Below, piece by piece: positions 27,220 to 40,345 of a stretch of DNA of 64,000 nucleotides. Within the stretch, counting starts at the first letter, position 1, and every line of letters begins with the position of its first letter. The notes under the pieces are model-generated. The model saw nothing but the letters and a program-made list of their open reading frames with translations, did no database searches and had not been told where the DNA came from. Both the position numbers and the translations under genes were made by a program. This DNA comes from Schmidtea polychroa (lineage: Eukaryota): positions 83,514,001-83,578,000 of the forward strand of contig CM097886.1 in assembly GCA_044892525.1 (NCBI GenBank), given 5' to 3'.

Positions 27220-28880
27220 CTATTTTTTCGACTTGTTATAATAGAATTTGAGAAAAACTAGAGCATAAAGCGAATTATCTGAGAATATTGAACGAATTTT
27301 GGTACAAAAATTTGTGCAAACTGAGAAAACTCGTTCTATATCAGTAGATGTTCGTTTAATACAAAGAAGAGCATCATATAAAGAGTAAACTCCTGTTTCT
27401 GTCACTTGATCCAATTGTAGTCATTTGAGTACCTTTATTCAGCAACATGTGCCACTCATCTTGCAATGAAAGTTCTTTTGCAGCATCAGTTTGAGCATTG
27501 GATTCAACATTTAGGGTTGAATCGTCGCCATTCGTTCCAAATAATCGTGATGATAAATTTCCAGCAAAATCAATTATGAACTTAGAAGGAATACTAGAAG
27601 GATCCCCAAGACTTTTAACAAATTTGTCACATCACGATTCCATCTTTCGTCTATTCCCTTTTTGAGGTTGTAAATAGTTCACTGCTAATGTCAGAATTCA
27701 ATTCTGCGACCTTGTTATAAGTAAATCCAATAACTGATTCAGTTGTCAACAAAGTCGAATCCTGTCTACTAAGAACTTCAACTGCAAGTTTGATTGGAGC
27801 CATAGCCTGAAGAAGTGTTTCCAATCCATTGAAATCCAAATTATTTATCATTTCCAAGTTATTCAATTCCGAGAACATTTCAAATAATGCAATTTTCGCC
27901 TTTAAAATTGGCTCAATCATTGTAGGAATCAAATTCCAACGGTGTCTAACATCCAAATGAAGTTCAATGCTATGATCGTGATGTAATTTGACTTTCACTT
28001 GAAATACATGATTATGAACCGTTGATTTTTTGATAAATTTAACAAATTCCCGTGTTCTTTTTAGCAATTCATGAAAGTCAATGTTCTCATCAAATTGATC
28101 GTTAAGTATTTCCATATGTAATTTGTCAAAAGAATCCTTTTCGCTTGTATCAAGACTACCAAGATCACTTGTGTTGATTAAATTATCTCGCTTTTTATAA
28201 AGTGTATCACAGAACGCTAAATGATTTGCATGATTAATACAAAATTGACCAACAACGTCCATTATTTTCATGTATTTCTTATTTACAGCTGCACCATCTA
28301 GGGTTGAAGCTAAGATATCTTGATCTGATACTATACAAAATAATTTTAAATGATTATTCACGTTATCTGCCATGCTTTCAGCAAGACACGATCCATAAAT
28401 TCAATGAAGTTCAATCCATGAAGTTCAATGCCATGGCCGTGATGTAATTTGACTTTCTCTTGAAATATCCATAAATTCTCACGAGGCCTGTTTTAAAAGT
28501 TGTCTTTTCAATGCTCGATTTTCGTCTAGATTTCTTTGGTCATTTCAGCTCTTTTGTCGCAATAGTGATCAATAATTAACTTCATGACATCACATTCATT
28601 GGCATGAAGCTTGAATCCATTTGGCTGAATAGATTTTCTTATATAATTATTTCTAGTTATTGCGTTGATAGTTATTCCGTCAGTAGCTAAGTCTGACACA
28701 ATTTCATTTAATGATTGCTTTTGAACAAAATTCAGCAATTTTTTCATTTTCTTATTTACTGGCTGATATCTCTTGTGTATCTTCATCTTCGTCAAAAATT
28801 CCATGAGATTTCAAATGGTTTCTCAAAGAAGTTCTCAAAGAAGTTTATTTTCTTAGTAACTTTATCTTTAATTTTTGTCG
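27220..28880 (-). pseudogene. hAT transposase, frameshifted
   Basis: TLDGAAVN, CINHANHL (CxxH), LDVRHRWN (DVxTRWN), RTSTDIERVFS...KIRS...L (hAT dimerisation domain) spread over three ORFs. Confidence 0.9.
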
Positions 28881-29558
28881 CATAATCCCAAATCATATCT
28901 GAAAAAATAAATTAAATAAGAATGCTACACAAAGTAACAACATTATAATCAAATACTTACATTCTTAATCTCGTATTTTATGCATAAATTAAATATAAAT
29001 ACCTATCACAAATATTTTTCGATCAGAACAAAATCAAAACATTATTTTAATTTTGTTAATTAATTACTATATTTAATTTAATTTTTTAAAATTTTTATTT
29101 ACTTTAATTATTACTTTTCATTAGTTTTAATTATTTTAATTTTATTATTTAAATAATTAAAATTTAATTTTTCTTAATTTTTAATAACTTTTAATTATTT
29201 ATTTTCTTTTTTATTATTATTAATATTATTAATAATATACATCAGACGTTATTTGACTCCTAAAATTAGACAATTCCGTTATTAAGTAGAAACCATAAAA
29301 TCAGATTCATGGATTAGCCATAAATAATAACCTACCTCACATCTTAGCTATCTTCTACATTGATTTCAGAGAATCTAAGATTAAATCTCTCTTTGGAGAA
29401 AAAATAATCTTTTGATAAAGATACATTGACGACATTTTCATTATATTCACAATTCCGCTTTTTCCAAAATACAGAAGTATTATTTTTAAAACAGCAAAAT
29501 CATTTATTAAAGGTTGTAGTAAAATTATCACTCATTACATCTATCACAATTTATTCAA

Positions 29559-29951
29559 TTACATCATATTAACAAATATACTTAGTTCGTTCAATAACGC
29601 ATCGGACAGAAACTTTTGAACAAATCGTGAGCATAATTTGCGATAGCCTAATTTCCCAATGATGTTGTGACAACTGCTAACACTTATTTTAAGTAATTCT
29701 GCTATTTCACCAACCTTAATTCGTCTTTCAGCTCGAATAATCGCCTCACATTGCGTAATTTTTTGATCGGAAATTTCAGTTGGTCTGCCAACTTTGGAAT
29801 AATCTTGGTGCACACTTTCATGACCATGCTTGAATAATGATATCCAACGATATATTGTGGATCTAAAAGGATATTTGTTACCATATGCAATTACCATATC
29901 GTGAAATATTTCATTAGACGACTTCTTTAAAAGCACATAGAATTTTATCAC
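29559..29951 (-). pseudogene. mariner transposase N-terminal (double HTH) fragment, 3'-truncated
   Basis: IKFYVLLKKSSNEIFHDMVIAYG...TIYRWISLFKHG...GRP...IRAERRIKVGEIAELLKIS...KLGYRKLCSRFVQKFL (cf. WVPR.L). Confidence 0.88.
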
Positions 29952-30732
29952 GCTTTAGATAAAAAATGGAATTATAAGTACGTACGTCAGCCAATCAGAT
30001 TATTTAATTTATACATATAAACAAACATACGTGTAGGTGTTAAAAGCAATTGGTTTGTTTGGTTTATCATGTTTCTTTTTTAGTCAGTCCCAGACATTAT
30101 TGAAGTTAACCAAACAATTATTAATTCAGTTGAAGAAGTACATAAGAAATTTTAAATCTGAAAATCCAAAAATCCTTAAAATAATTTTTATAATAAGTAT
30201 AATAATAATTGGTCAATCTTGAATTTAATTATGTATCAAGACTATGTGTCCATTGAGTATTGATTGTTTGTACAGATTTGTTTGTACAGATACAAAATTA
30301 AGGTATGTTTGATTTTTAGATTTTTATATATTTTAAATTGATTTATTTTTTTGGAGTTTAGAGAAGTTTGTTTTAAAAAAGGTTGGTGGCGAATTTTTTG
30401 GATAGAATAAAGATTTTTAAAAACATTCGTTTTTATTATGAAATGATGTAACTTAAAGAATGGATATGAATTCATAAGTGTTGACAATGATATCTTTGTT
30501 CATGTTAAATCTATCACATCTGATCGAAAAGTTCTTTTCAATAATCCCAAAGCTGACAGAGGATCGATGACTCAAATTACATTGGTGACATTTAATGCAA
30601 AAATGAAAATTTTGATGATATTGATGATGACAATTTTGATGAGTATGAAAATTCAAATGTTGACGATTATGATGTTGAGGTCAGTAAATTAAAATAAATT
30701 TAAATAAAAAGTATACGAATGAAAAATAGAAT

Positions 30733-31459
30733 TGTGGTCATGCATAGAAGTGATAGCAAAGGAAATTATGATAGAAACAGTAGTAGGAAATAGCAAAAGC
30801 AGTCACGAAAGGCAAAAATCTGAAAAAAATCAATAAATTGTAAAGTTATCGAAATTGAATCGGGAAAACGGGGCAGGTATAGATTAGGTAACGGTCAACA
30901 AGAGGGTGATTAGGGATTTATTAAAAAATGGTAAGGTCTGTAATGAGTACAAACAAAGTTTAGGGATATTACGAAGCAATTAATCACGATATTGTTCAAA
31001 AAACGTTTGAGGAACCGGTTGTCAAACCATTGTCAGATAGAAACAATCCGGTTAAAAACCAAATTATGAAAGTGATTATTTTAGTAAAGAAAAGTCGAAA
31101 TTAAAAATAATCGGCATTCTACCTCAGCTAGGGACACGAAGAAACCGAGCTTAGGGTAATGAGAAAATTAGGGAAACCAACAAATAGAGTTAGAAAATAT
31201 TTGAGATGTGAAATGAAAATTGAATGGAGGCGAACCAGATCAAATAGAAAAAATTCGATTAGTTCGATTTGATTTTGACAAAGCATTAGCGCTGAGTGGA
31301 GAACCGATTAAACTGGAAAAACTCTGTCGTTGATTGTATCATTGGATTGTGAGAGATTTGTGATTCAAATATACATTGGGTAGTTCATTGTTTTGTTATT
31401 TTCGATTAAAAGAACACGTGGAGTCAGAGGTTACCGACTTGAATTAATAAAACCCAACA
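30733..31459 (+). mobile_element. LTR-like repeat, family A
   Basis: Starts TGTGG; ends AAGAACACGTGGAGTCAGAG...ACCGACTT...AAACCCAACA, a 3' signature shared with other copies. No TSD found. Confidence 0.5.
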
Positions 31460-31485
31460 TTCTTAAAAATTTATGTTTAATAGAA

Positions 31486-32617
31486 TATTGGTTGTAAACA
31501 AACACAGGTTCAGTTATTATTAAAAATATAACTAGGAATAAACATCAACAAATAATGAAAAAATATCGCATTTTAAGAAACCTGTAAAATAAAATAACAA
31601 CAAAGACATCAAGTATTGCAAATGATTACATAAATCACAACAAAAAGACTACAACTGAAATAGATTCGATATTCATCCTAACAGATTTTAGAAAATAAAA
31701 AAAATCATAAAAATTTCAGTAAAAATTGCAAAAAATATACAAAATTTACTAAATCATACATGGTGACAATAGGAATGAAATATATAATTAAAATTAAAAA
31801 AAATATTTCAAAAGTACAAATGTATAGTCCAACTCGAATGAAAATATTGAAAATTATTAATATTTCTAATTAATTTAATTACATAAATCATGCACACACA
31901 GAAATACACACAAACAATATATCAATGCATAAAGGAGTTTATATGTTATTTTATGATCTGGATCTCAAACTTTTGAATCAGATGTTGGTCCAAAACTGGC
32001 ATTTGATTAAACAAAATAATAAAAATGATGATTTTGTTGAAATAAGTTGGTTAAACAACATAAAAATTTAGCTAAGCTCAAAATACGATATAAACACCAA
32101 GTAAACTGTTAATACATACACAAAAAATCATCAGCATAAGAATTGCAAACACTTCAGCAAAAAATTTAAACAAACATAAAAGAAGAGAAATAATAATATT
32201 TATACAAATTAAAAGAACCAAGAAATAAAACATAACATAAAATATTAGCAAATAGTATTAAAAAATCGATTAAGAAATTGGAAAAAATACATTTGCAATT
32301 AGTTAAATTACCAAAAAGACAATAGATAAAAAGTCGCGAATAAGGTAAATTAAATAAATTAGAAAGTTTTAAAAGTAAATTAATAAAAATTGATTAGAAA
32401 AGACTTAAAAATAAGATGCAAAAGAATTAAAAAGGAACAAAAACGAATAAAAACCGTTAAATCCAAACTGAAATCGCAAATAACATTTATTAATAAATTC
32501 ACCTTAAAAATGATACAATTTACTGCAAATAATAAATTGCACTAGGTCGCGCGCACGCAAAATCAGGTATAGATACTGACGCTATTTACGACCATTTCCC
32601 TTCTGTGTATACCAAAA
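31486..32617 (+). repeat. A-rich LTR-like repeat, family B (paralog of 52734-53437)
   Basis: Shared 3' end CAAAA(T)CAGGTATA(G/T)ATAC(T/C)GACGC...TGTAT(A/G)CCAAAA; extreme A skew. Confidence 0.4.
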
Positions 32618-35314
32618 TTTAATTTCTTTATTTGAGATTAAGTAAAAGAACAAAAAAAGTAATTCATAGTTTGGGAAATCAGTAAATCGTTTATCCAAAA
32701 AATATTCAAACAACTTTCATTCGTTGGCATGTTCTACAAATTTCATTTTTTTGCAAAATGGGAAACTTTTCTTTTTCTACTTGCTTTCGATAAATTAATA
32801 ACTTCAGTTTGAATATCTTAAATTATTTATATTTTCCTTCAATTAAAAAATTTCATTTTCTAAAAATCTCTTTGAACAACAAGTTTCACTACCTTGAACA
32901 TCATTAGAATGTGTTTTAATCAATTTGGAAAATTAATTTTATTATGACATAATTCATTTTTCATGAAGTCTTGCTTCTAAATTTATAAATAAATATAAAA
33001 TATTTATTAAAAAAAATTTTCCCTTCACAATTATTTGTATTTAACTAAGAAACTGAAAAATTTGTAATGTGAAAACAATTTTTAATAGAATTAGAATATT
33101 CTTTATTAATTATCTGTTTGCTTTCTAAAAGAAAATGCATTTATGAATTGAAACAAATATTTCCCAATTAATTAAAAAAAACAATTTAATTTATATAATA
33201 AAAATAAATAAACATAATATTTATTTTAAAATCTAAAATTGATTTTAATAAATTTCTTACTTCTATGCATATGCCAACATTTTAGGTTGCAATTTTATGC
33301 ACGATAATTTTTAATGTTATTTCTATGTAATTTCTGTTTTTTTCTAGGTGATTGATATGATATTTCATTAAATATTTTAAGAATTAATTTTATTATCACT
33401 ATGTTACAATATTTTTTTTCACTTCAATGACTTCATGTATCGAACTTTTTAGGGCCCACAGCCAATACACACTACAAGCAAGATAACAAAATCAATCAAC
33501 ATAATGGACCACCTGGAAATCTAAGCAGTTTACCTGTCGTACGCAGTTAACTCAGTAAACTCTCTTGCTACTGTAAACAAAGGCTTTGTGGCTTTATACT
33601 GTTGGTAAACTCTAGTGTTATACTATCAATCTTGAAAGAAATAAGCCGACTAACTGAGTAGCCCCCATACAAGTGAAAATCTCTTATAGTAATATTTTTG
33701 AATAGCGTTAAACTTTTACTTTGGTCGTGAGACATCTTATAATATACTATGGTTAGTCTCACTGAAGTCCAGTATATTTATGCAATACGAGCAATTAAAA
33801 TACGATAATAATGTTAAGACAAATAATAATTGAAATCAAATCAATTAATAAACTAATCTTTGTCTCGGTAGAGAATAACAACAGTAATAAGAAGCGACGA
33901 ACAAGTGGTCAATAATTATTGAAACCAATCGACAAATTAGTCCCAAAAGTCCAATAGACGTTTGTATGGAAGTGTTGTATTATGGGTTACTCTGGAAACA
34001 TAAAAAGGCATAATTTTGGTTACCTGTAACCCATCAATAATAAAATTTAATAAAAATAAGGATAATTAATAATTTCTCAAAAATAATAATAAAATTTATA
34101 TTGATGACCAACTATATTTTAGACTTGACTTACTTATTTTAAATAAATATTTAGTTTGTAATATGTCTTGTTATTTTATATAATAGATGGTTTTTCATTG
34201 TATAAAGAGTTATCTTAAGTATATAATTATATTTTAAAGTTGTAACATTTGACAAATGTGTGTGCGTGTGTAAAAGTTGTCTAAAATGATGGCATAATCG
34301 TCAATTCGACAAAATTTAAAAATTACATAATCATCAATTTAAACAAAATTGAAATTAAAAAATTTATGGAAGTGGTATCACAAAAAAATATTAAGTTTTC
34401 ACTTATTAAAAATAATTAATTTTTATATATTAAAGTATTGCAATAAACCTCAATATTCGATCAAAAAAAAATATTTGTAAGTGTCAAGGATTCCTATAGC
34501 ATCTGGAGTCCACACATATATCTCATAGATATGCTAATAGATTTAACAATTAATAACCTTTAATTCCCGTTCTTTCCTGTAAATAAAAATTTAACATCAT
34601 CAATTTTGGCACCAGCTTTCAGAATTAGAATAAATGCTGTAAACTATCTCTTCATTTTTAAAGAAAAACATGTTTTTGAAAAATCTTTTTGGTTTGTGGT
34701 CAAAAACATTCTTATACAATTAATATACAATTAATGTAAAATCAAAATTCAAAGTAATTCGTAATCATTTATCATTTCAATTGTTAATAGAATCTGTTTT
34801 TAATATTTTAAACATCAAAATTGCATTGAAATAAACCGTTTAATAATTAATTTTAAAATCTAAAAGTAAATTTTTTAAATTAAATCCAACAAATTTCAAA
34901 GCAAATTTACTTTGTTCGGGATTGAGCAGTCGTATTTATATTTAATGGAAATAAAAATAAATTTAATATAACGTTTAAAAAAAATTCTATTAAAATCATT
35001 ACATAAAAATTAGTTTTAATGAAAACTTTTTTTCATGTAAATTAAATTAAAAACTTTAAAAAATAAAATAAAACATATATATTATATACAAAAAGTTAAT
35101 AAAAGGCTTTAATTAATGGAAAATAAATATCCGCTATTATAAACTACTCATGTGAAAACCATAGATCCACTTTTAGTCTAGACATTGAATATATATTTTG
35201 GTTAAAGTTAATTATATAAAAAAATAAAATATATTTATATTGTTATTTGTTGGGTTAATATTTTACAAGTCCGTTTTATCTCACTCCTCGTGTTCTAATT
35301 TTAAAAAATAATCG

Positions 35315-35317
<3 letters not shown>

Positions 35318-35362
<45 letters not shown>
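35318..35362. repeat. (TA)n microsatellite between LTR-like ends
   Basis: Direct reading of the sequence. Confidence 0.95.
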
Positions 35363-35368
<6 letters not shown>

Positions 35369-35376
35369 TATATTAT

Positions 35377-36255
35377 TGTTGGGTTTTTTAATGTAAGTCG
35401 GTATCACAGTCTGACTCCTTTGTGTTCTTTTTCAAAATCAAGATAACCCAACACAAAAATTTTATTCAAGACCAATACAAGTACACTTTTTGATTACACT
35501 CTTTATTGAACAATTACAATCTTTAATAACTCTTTGATCTGCACTTTTCAATACTACAATAAATCTCACGTAGGTATAATCTTCCAAAGGGAGATGAACC
35601 TTTCTGGTACGTTCGATTTTTAAATGGTTTAATTTCTACTAACTTTAATATTTCCTTTTCCGCTCTCTTCAAACTTCTATTTTCTTTTCTTCGACCAACT
35701 GGCAATTATGTTTCTTTGCTGGTTCCTTTTATACTTGACCCGTCAATTGATTTTAATTCGTCAAGCCCTTCGTATCCAATTTCCCGGGCTTCCTCCTATC
35801 TCTTTCTCTCATTATTCTAATTTAATTTTCGTCGGCCGATCTAATTTCCCCTTTGATCGACCATTTAGGCTCTCCCATGACGTTAGGGCTTTCTATTATC
35901 TCGGGCTTCCCATTATCTCGGGTTTTTCATTATCTCGGGTTTCCCATTAGCTCGGGTTCTCCATTAGCTCGGGTTTCCCATTAGCTCGGGCTTCCCATTA
36001 GTTAATTAATTTTTAATTAATTTTTGTTTTTTATAATTTATTCTTTCTAGGGACCCCCCATTGATTTTATTTTATCATATTTAAACTCGTCTCATAATTT
36101 GGCCTCCGCCCATACCAGTTTCCCCCGAAATTATTCAATTTTTGTTTTTTTGATTATTTTAATTAATCTCTTTGTATTTTAAATTTATTATTATGAATTT
36201 GGTGTTTTCATTGATTTTTACCTCAATTTTATATCTCTTTTATTGAACCCCAACA
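35377..36255 (-). mobile_element. Solo LTR, family A, 879 bp
   Basis: TGTTGGG...CCCAACA inverted ends; 4-bp TTAT flanking both sides (within a TTA repeat); internal 17-bp repeats CCCATTAGCTCGGGTTT at about 35895-36000. Confidence 0.68.
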
Positions 36256-36265
36256 TTATTATTAT

Positions 36266-36968
36266 TGTTGTGGTTAGTACTAAAACCAAAAATAAAATAA
36301 TATATAAAAGGAATGTTAACGCTAAATAGAAAGACAAATTCAGAGATTATAATGAAAATATAATAAGAGGTTCACAGGGAAAAGTTTAACGTAAAAAAAT
36401 AAAATTAATTTAAGTTAATTATTCCGTAATGGGTCTGTAAAATCCGATCTAGTGAGAAGCCCGACCCCATAAGAAAGTCGAGTTCTGAAGGGAACCTGAA
36501 GCGTATTGAGACTCGACTGATTTGATAGGAAACTGAACTCACATGAGCGCCAATCCATGGCAAACAAATTAAAATGATTTAACAACCCTCAAAATATTTA
36601 CCCAAGATTCACGAAAACTACTTATTTTCAATAATCCCAAATTCTGTAGATAATTGACCTCTCAGAAAAATATTAAAATAGGTCTCAAAAACAGAGAAGT
36701 CACTAGTTGGTCGAAGAAACAAGAGAGAAACTGAGTGAATAAGACAGTCAGCGATTAGAGGACGAAATCTAGTAACTGAATGCAAAGTTTAACTCTTGTA
36801 CCAGAAAAGGTGATTGTCCCTTGGGCTGTCTACCTTTGTGAGCAATATTTATTGGAGAGAAAGGTGAAAAATCTAGTGACGAATTTTAATTGTGATTAAG
36901 GTTTAATAAAGTTATCATCTGTTGGGTTCGATTTATTTGTTTAAATAAGAACACGAGAAGTCAGAGAA
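36266..36968 (+). mobile_element. LTR-like repeat, family A; 3' end runs into gap
   Basis: Starts TGTTGTGG; AAGAACACGAGAAGTCAGAG family motif just before the N-gap. Confidence 0.45.
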
Positions 36969-37676
36969 NNNNNNNNNNNNNNNNNNNNNNNNNNNNNNNN
37001 NNNNNNNNNNNNNNNNNNNNNNNNNNNNNNNNNNNNNNNNNNNNNNNNNNNNNNNNNNNNNNNNNNNNNNNNNNNNNNNNNNNNNNNNNNNNNNNNNNNN
37101 NNNNNNNNNNNNNNAGTTTATGGTTCATCAGATAGAACATAAATATATGCTTCATTATCAAAGAGTTTCCATTTTTTGGTAGTGAAGTTCAGAAATTTAT
37201 TGAAAATTGCATAAGCAGCTAATTGCTTAAGATATAAACAATAAATAGTTCCAACAATTAGAGTAGTAATTTCTGATCCAGTTTTTCCCTGTACAAAATT
37301 CCTTCAAAACCTTAAAATATAAAAGTTTTACGTTTATTTAATTATATTGAATTAAAAGATAAATATTATTATAATAAATAATAATATTTAATTATATAAA
37401 TATTGTAATTGCTTATAAATTTTCAATTGATAACTAATAAGTTGCTAATATAAATTAAAGGTTATTTATGACTATAGATGATTATAAATAAAATAGGGGA
37501 TTATAACTAATACAGGGAGTTTTAAAATAATAATTTGAAAAATTGAAACATTAGAAAAATTAGAAAAAAATAAAGCAAAAAGTAAAAATTCTAAAAGTAT
37601 TCGAATAGCTATAAAAATTCAAAAAGTAAACCTAATAACACGGAATGGGTATTTTGAATGCAAAACAAATTAAAAG

Positions 37677-38250
37677 TTAACAAATAATTTCAATAGCAAG
37701 CATAGTGTTATTCAAAATGTGTTCTTTTCCATATTTTTTCCTGAGCATAAATTCGAACAAATATCCTTCAAGATATTCCTCAGTCGTACGATTCTGGCGT
37801 TTTAATTTTTGTTTAGCATGATGCCACAAATTGTCAATGTTTTGAGTGTGTATACTTGGGTCCATGGGCGTCCGCAAGGGGGCAATTGGAGCCACTTGCC
37901 CTCCCCTTGAATTTCCCAATACATTCTATTTTTAGATTAATTTAAACACATTTTAATAGATGCGCTCAAACAATGTTGGAAAAACCTAAATGTTATTAAT
38001 TATATCTGGAAATCAATGATTTCAAATCATCTTATTTGTATAAAAACTTTCAATATTAACTGACGTTCTCGTTTTAAAAAAGTGTTCTATTTTTTAAATT
38101 AATAAAAAAAGTCCTATTTTGTATAATGCACCAAATTTTTATTATACACATGCATTTTTTCTACTTGGTAAAAAATATTTTTGCCCCCCCCCATTGGAAA
38201 AATTCCTGCGGACGCCCATGCTTGGGTTCTCGGAGACACAAAATTACCAA
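37677..38250 (-). pseudogene. Merlin (IS1016/IS1595-like) transposase C-terminal relic, interrupted by a hAT MITE
   Basis: Removing the MITE joins NFVSP/ENPSIHTQNIDNLWHHAKQKLKR...YLFEFMLR, matching Merlin NFVDP...HTQ.IE..W...K...YL.EF..R. Confidence 0.75.
37863..38220. mobile_element. hAT MITE, 358 bp
   Basis: TIR CATGGGCGTCCGCA / TGCGGACGCCCATG; 8-bp TSD CTTGGGTC / CTTGGGTT. Confidence 0.9.
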
Positions 38251-39905
38251 ATTAAATAATTAAAATAAAATTGTTAATGAGAATTAATATTATAAATAAA
38301 TGAAGAATTTTATGTACATGTATCGTATATGTATTGAATGAGCGATTTTTAAATTTTTTGTTTAAATCTTATTACGAATTTTGAATAATAATTGATAAAT
38401 TTTCCTTTCTATTTGTATTATTAAATATTAAGTTTCTGAAATTCAATATTCAATTTATTTTGGAGGAAGAAAATAATTCTTACATAACAAGAGTTATTGA
38501 AAATTTTTTCAAATTTTTAAAAAATTAAGAAACATAAAGCGGCCTTCAATTTATTGCAGGAATTTGGGTCCATTAATTGATTCGCGGAATGTTTTATAAT
38601 TAAACAAATAAAATAAACATGTCTTTAACCATATGATAGAACATCCATTTTAGGCAAGAAAAAGGTCAAAGATGAAGGCCCCTCGGATGATCATAATAAA
38701 TCTTATAAAGAAATATTGTGGACATGACGTAAAGTTTTCAACAATATAGCATAAAGTTCACAAAACCCATTTGGTACTTTGATTCTATAGCATACTCCAA
38801 CAAATTCATTTTTGAAACTTAATCTTGTTTGAATTTAATAGTTCCCTTTTTTATTTGTGTAAAATCATAAGTGTCTTGTTTATTGTAATTTCCTTTAAAT
38901 AATAGTCTCCCTGTGTGTCCAAATGTCGCAATTTAATTTTTGAGGACAAAATCACATTTGAAGTTCTTGCGTAATAATTTATATAAAAATTTACAATTTA
39001 ACAAATGTTTGATCTCAAAATTTATATGCTACAGTTGTGTATTGTTTTTATCAAATAAACCTTGAAAGTATTCATTTTGCGAGTTGATGTTTCTTTGAAA
39101 ACTTTTTCATAACCAAAAATTCTCATTTGTGTAAACTTTAAACTTGCAGAAAAACCTTATCATGTCATTTATTCATTATTTTAATGTGAAATGATACTGC
39201 TACCAGGAAATTGTTGTTGTATATTAATGTATAGACTTTATACTACAAATAAATTTCGATGGTTAGACAGCACCTAAAATACCATGATGATGAACCATCG
39301 AGCGGTTTTAATAATACTATTTTATTGGCCAATAAAAACGAGACGCTTCACAATTTAAGATTTGAACTTGTACTTGTGGCTTTCTGTAACATTTTATGAT
39401 TACTTGCCAGTCGTTATATCTTCATTATTGATCATCGGAATAGTTGTACTGGAGACTATTAAGATGTAAAGATATTAAACAGAAGCTGATCTAAAGACAT
39501 TTAGAGAAATATATTCTTAACAAATAAATATTTATAAATATCGTAAGAATAAAAAAATTAATATGAGTATTTTTGATGCTTAGAACTCATTTATATTGAG
39601 TAATAAAAAAGAAATAATTGTTTAAACATTAGATTATTTCTGATCGTATAAAACAAAATCTATTATTTAAATTTCTTTCCATAATTACATTTTACAAATT
39701 TTACAATTAATCGTTAAATCTGAAAGATTTCCTTAAATATTAAAATATTAAAATGTTCAGATTTGTGGGGTTTGTTTGAAAATTCAATTACACAAATTAG
39801 CAGAATAAAACAATAATGTTAATTAATTATATGATATTTATATGATAATCAATTATATAATATATAATTAATTACTAAATAATTCAATGTTTCCCAACCT
39901 ATGTG

Positions 39906-40345
39906 CAGGGCCGTAACAAGGCATTATTGCGCCATGTGTGGTTCATATATCTGGCGCCCCTAAACCCGAATTCAAACAGCCTACTATAATAATTATAATA
40001 TTCATGTTGAGATTGTTAACTATGTATTCATCTTCAGCTATTATAAAAGGTAGTAATGCTCTTAAAATTCTGTTGCTAATTGAAAAAAATGACAGGAACC
40101 CATTTTGTGGACTAACATTTTACAAAATCCATACCTACGAAGGCACACTAATGGACTAGTACATTCAGCAATGTTAAAGATAGGCTAGCTAGGGCGTCGT
40201 TTTGCAAGCCATTTGATAATTTCTTTTATTTATATTTTGTTATTTTTTGGTAACATTAAAAAAATGTTACATTCCAATTTTGCGCCCCTTTCAGATGTAC
40301 ACCCTGTGCGACTGGACCGCTCGCATCACCCTTGTTATGGCCCTG
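39906..40345. mobile_element. hAT MITE, 440 bp, nested in the end of a Charlie-like hAT
   Basis: TIR CAGGGCCGTAACAAGG / CCTTGTTATGGCCCTG; perfect 8-bp TSD CCTATGTG; host begins CAATGTTTCCCAAC at 39885. Confidence 0.92.
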
